A stretch of DNA of 64,000 nt from contig OX597835.1 in assembly GCA_951406725.2 (NCBI GenBank), positions 28,458,001-28,522,000 on the forward strand. The letters run 5' to 3'. Below, one piece after another: positions 63,189-64,000 of this stretch. Under the pieces are notes generated by a model. It was not told the DNA's origin, made no database searches, and worked only from the letters and a program-made list of their open reading frames with translations. Numbering within the stretch: position 1 is the first letter of the stretch; every line of letters begins with the position of its first letter. The DNA comes from Octopus vulgaris (lineage: Eukaryota). Made by a program: the position numbers and the translations under genes.

Positions 63189-63479
63189 CTATATATATCT
63201 ATATATATATTATGTGCATATGACTATTAAAACTCAGAAGAATGAAGACATTGCTTTCTGTTTGTCCTCCTGCCTGCTTACCAAATTCTGTAATGCTTGT
63301 GTTTTCTTCTCATCCCAATTTGGTCATTCCCTATCCCATGATTAAAGATCTACCACTTCAAGACATTAACAAATGACATTCATTGGTTTATAATAACCTT
63401 GGCCTGATCTGAACCCCTGACTTTCGCCCCTTTACTTCCATTTCTAACAATTCCTGGCCATATATATATATATATGTAC

Positions 63480-63680
<201 letters not shown>

Positions 63681-63959
63681 ATATCTAGTTGATTGTTATT
63701 TGTGGTAGATTGTCTGGGGTAATCAAAGAATTAGTAACGGTGAGCTCTGGTTTTGTTTCTTTCTTTAAATTCCAATTCTGTGGGTTACCATTTTTATCCT
63801 TCATTCTAATTTTGTCTCAATTATCCCCCCCTTCCACCTCCACCCGCATTGTTCTTACACCACCTCCCACCCTCGCTTTGTTTGGATTGGTGGGTGCCGT
63901 GGGAGAGGGCAGATAATCCCTGATGTCGCTTGTAACTTCCATTTTATCCCGCCACACCC

Positions 63960-63996
<37 letters not shown>

Positions 63997-64000
63997 CCTC

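Overview
Eukaryotic, AT-rich, microsatellite-dense animal DNA. The SINE repertoire and (TA)n/(TG)n/(GAT)n density point to an octopus or other coleoid cephalopod; this is an inference. The window holds one complete protein-coding gene on the + strand, an SLC7 heteromeric amino-acid transporter light chain (LAT1/LAT2/y+LAT type). I assembled it by hand from 11 GT-AG exons (11244-52473; 1467 nt; 488 aa). It has the TM1 GSG motif, the heavy-chain disulfide cysteine (C144) and an FAYNGW TM6 motif. Nearly everything else is transposon-derived: tRNA-headed SINEs (families A, B, C, E; my labels), a (GAT)n-tailed element (D), a (TAA)n-tailed element (F), and fragments of RTE, R4/Dong-like and Penelope retroelements. 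DNA transposons include mariner, maT/Tc1-like, hAT-like, Merlin-like and piggyBac-like elements, often nested. Most ORF-track entries are microsatellite or SINE artefacts. The most unusual signals are two long fold-back palindromes in intron 1, several hammerhead-ribozyme-like motifs (one near-canonical), an intact GC-rich RTE 3' end missed by the ORF track, and modular head/tail swapping among SINEs. I see no CRISPR array, operon or other prokaryote-style system.
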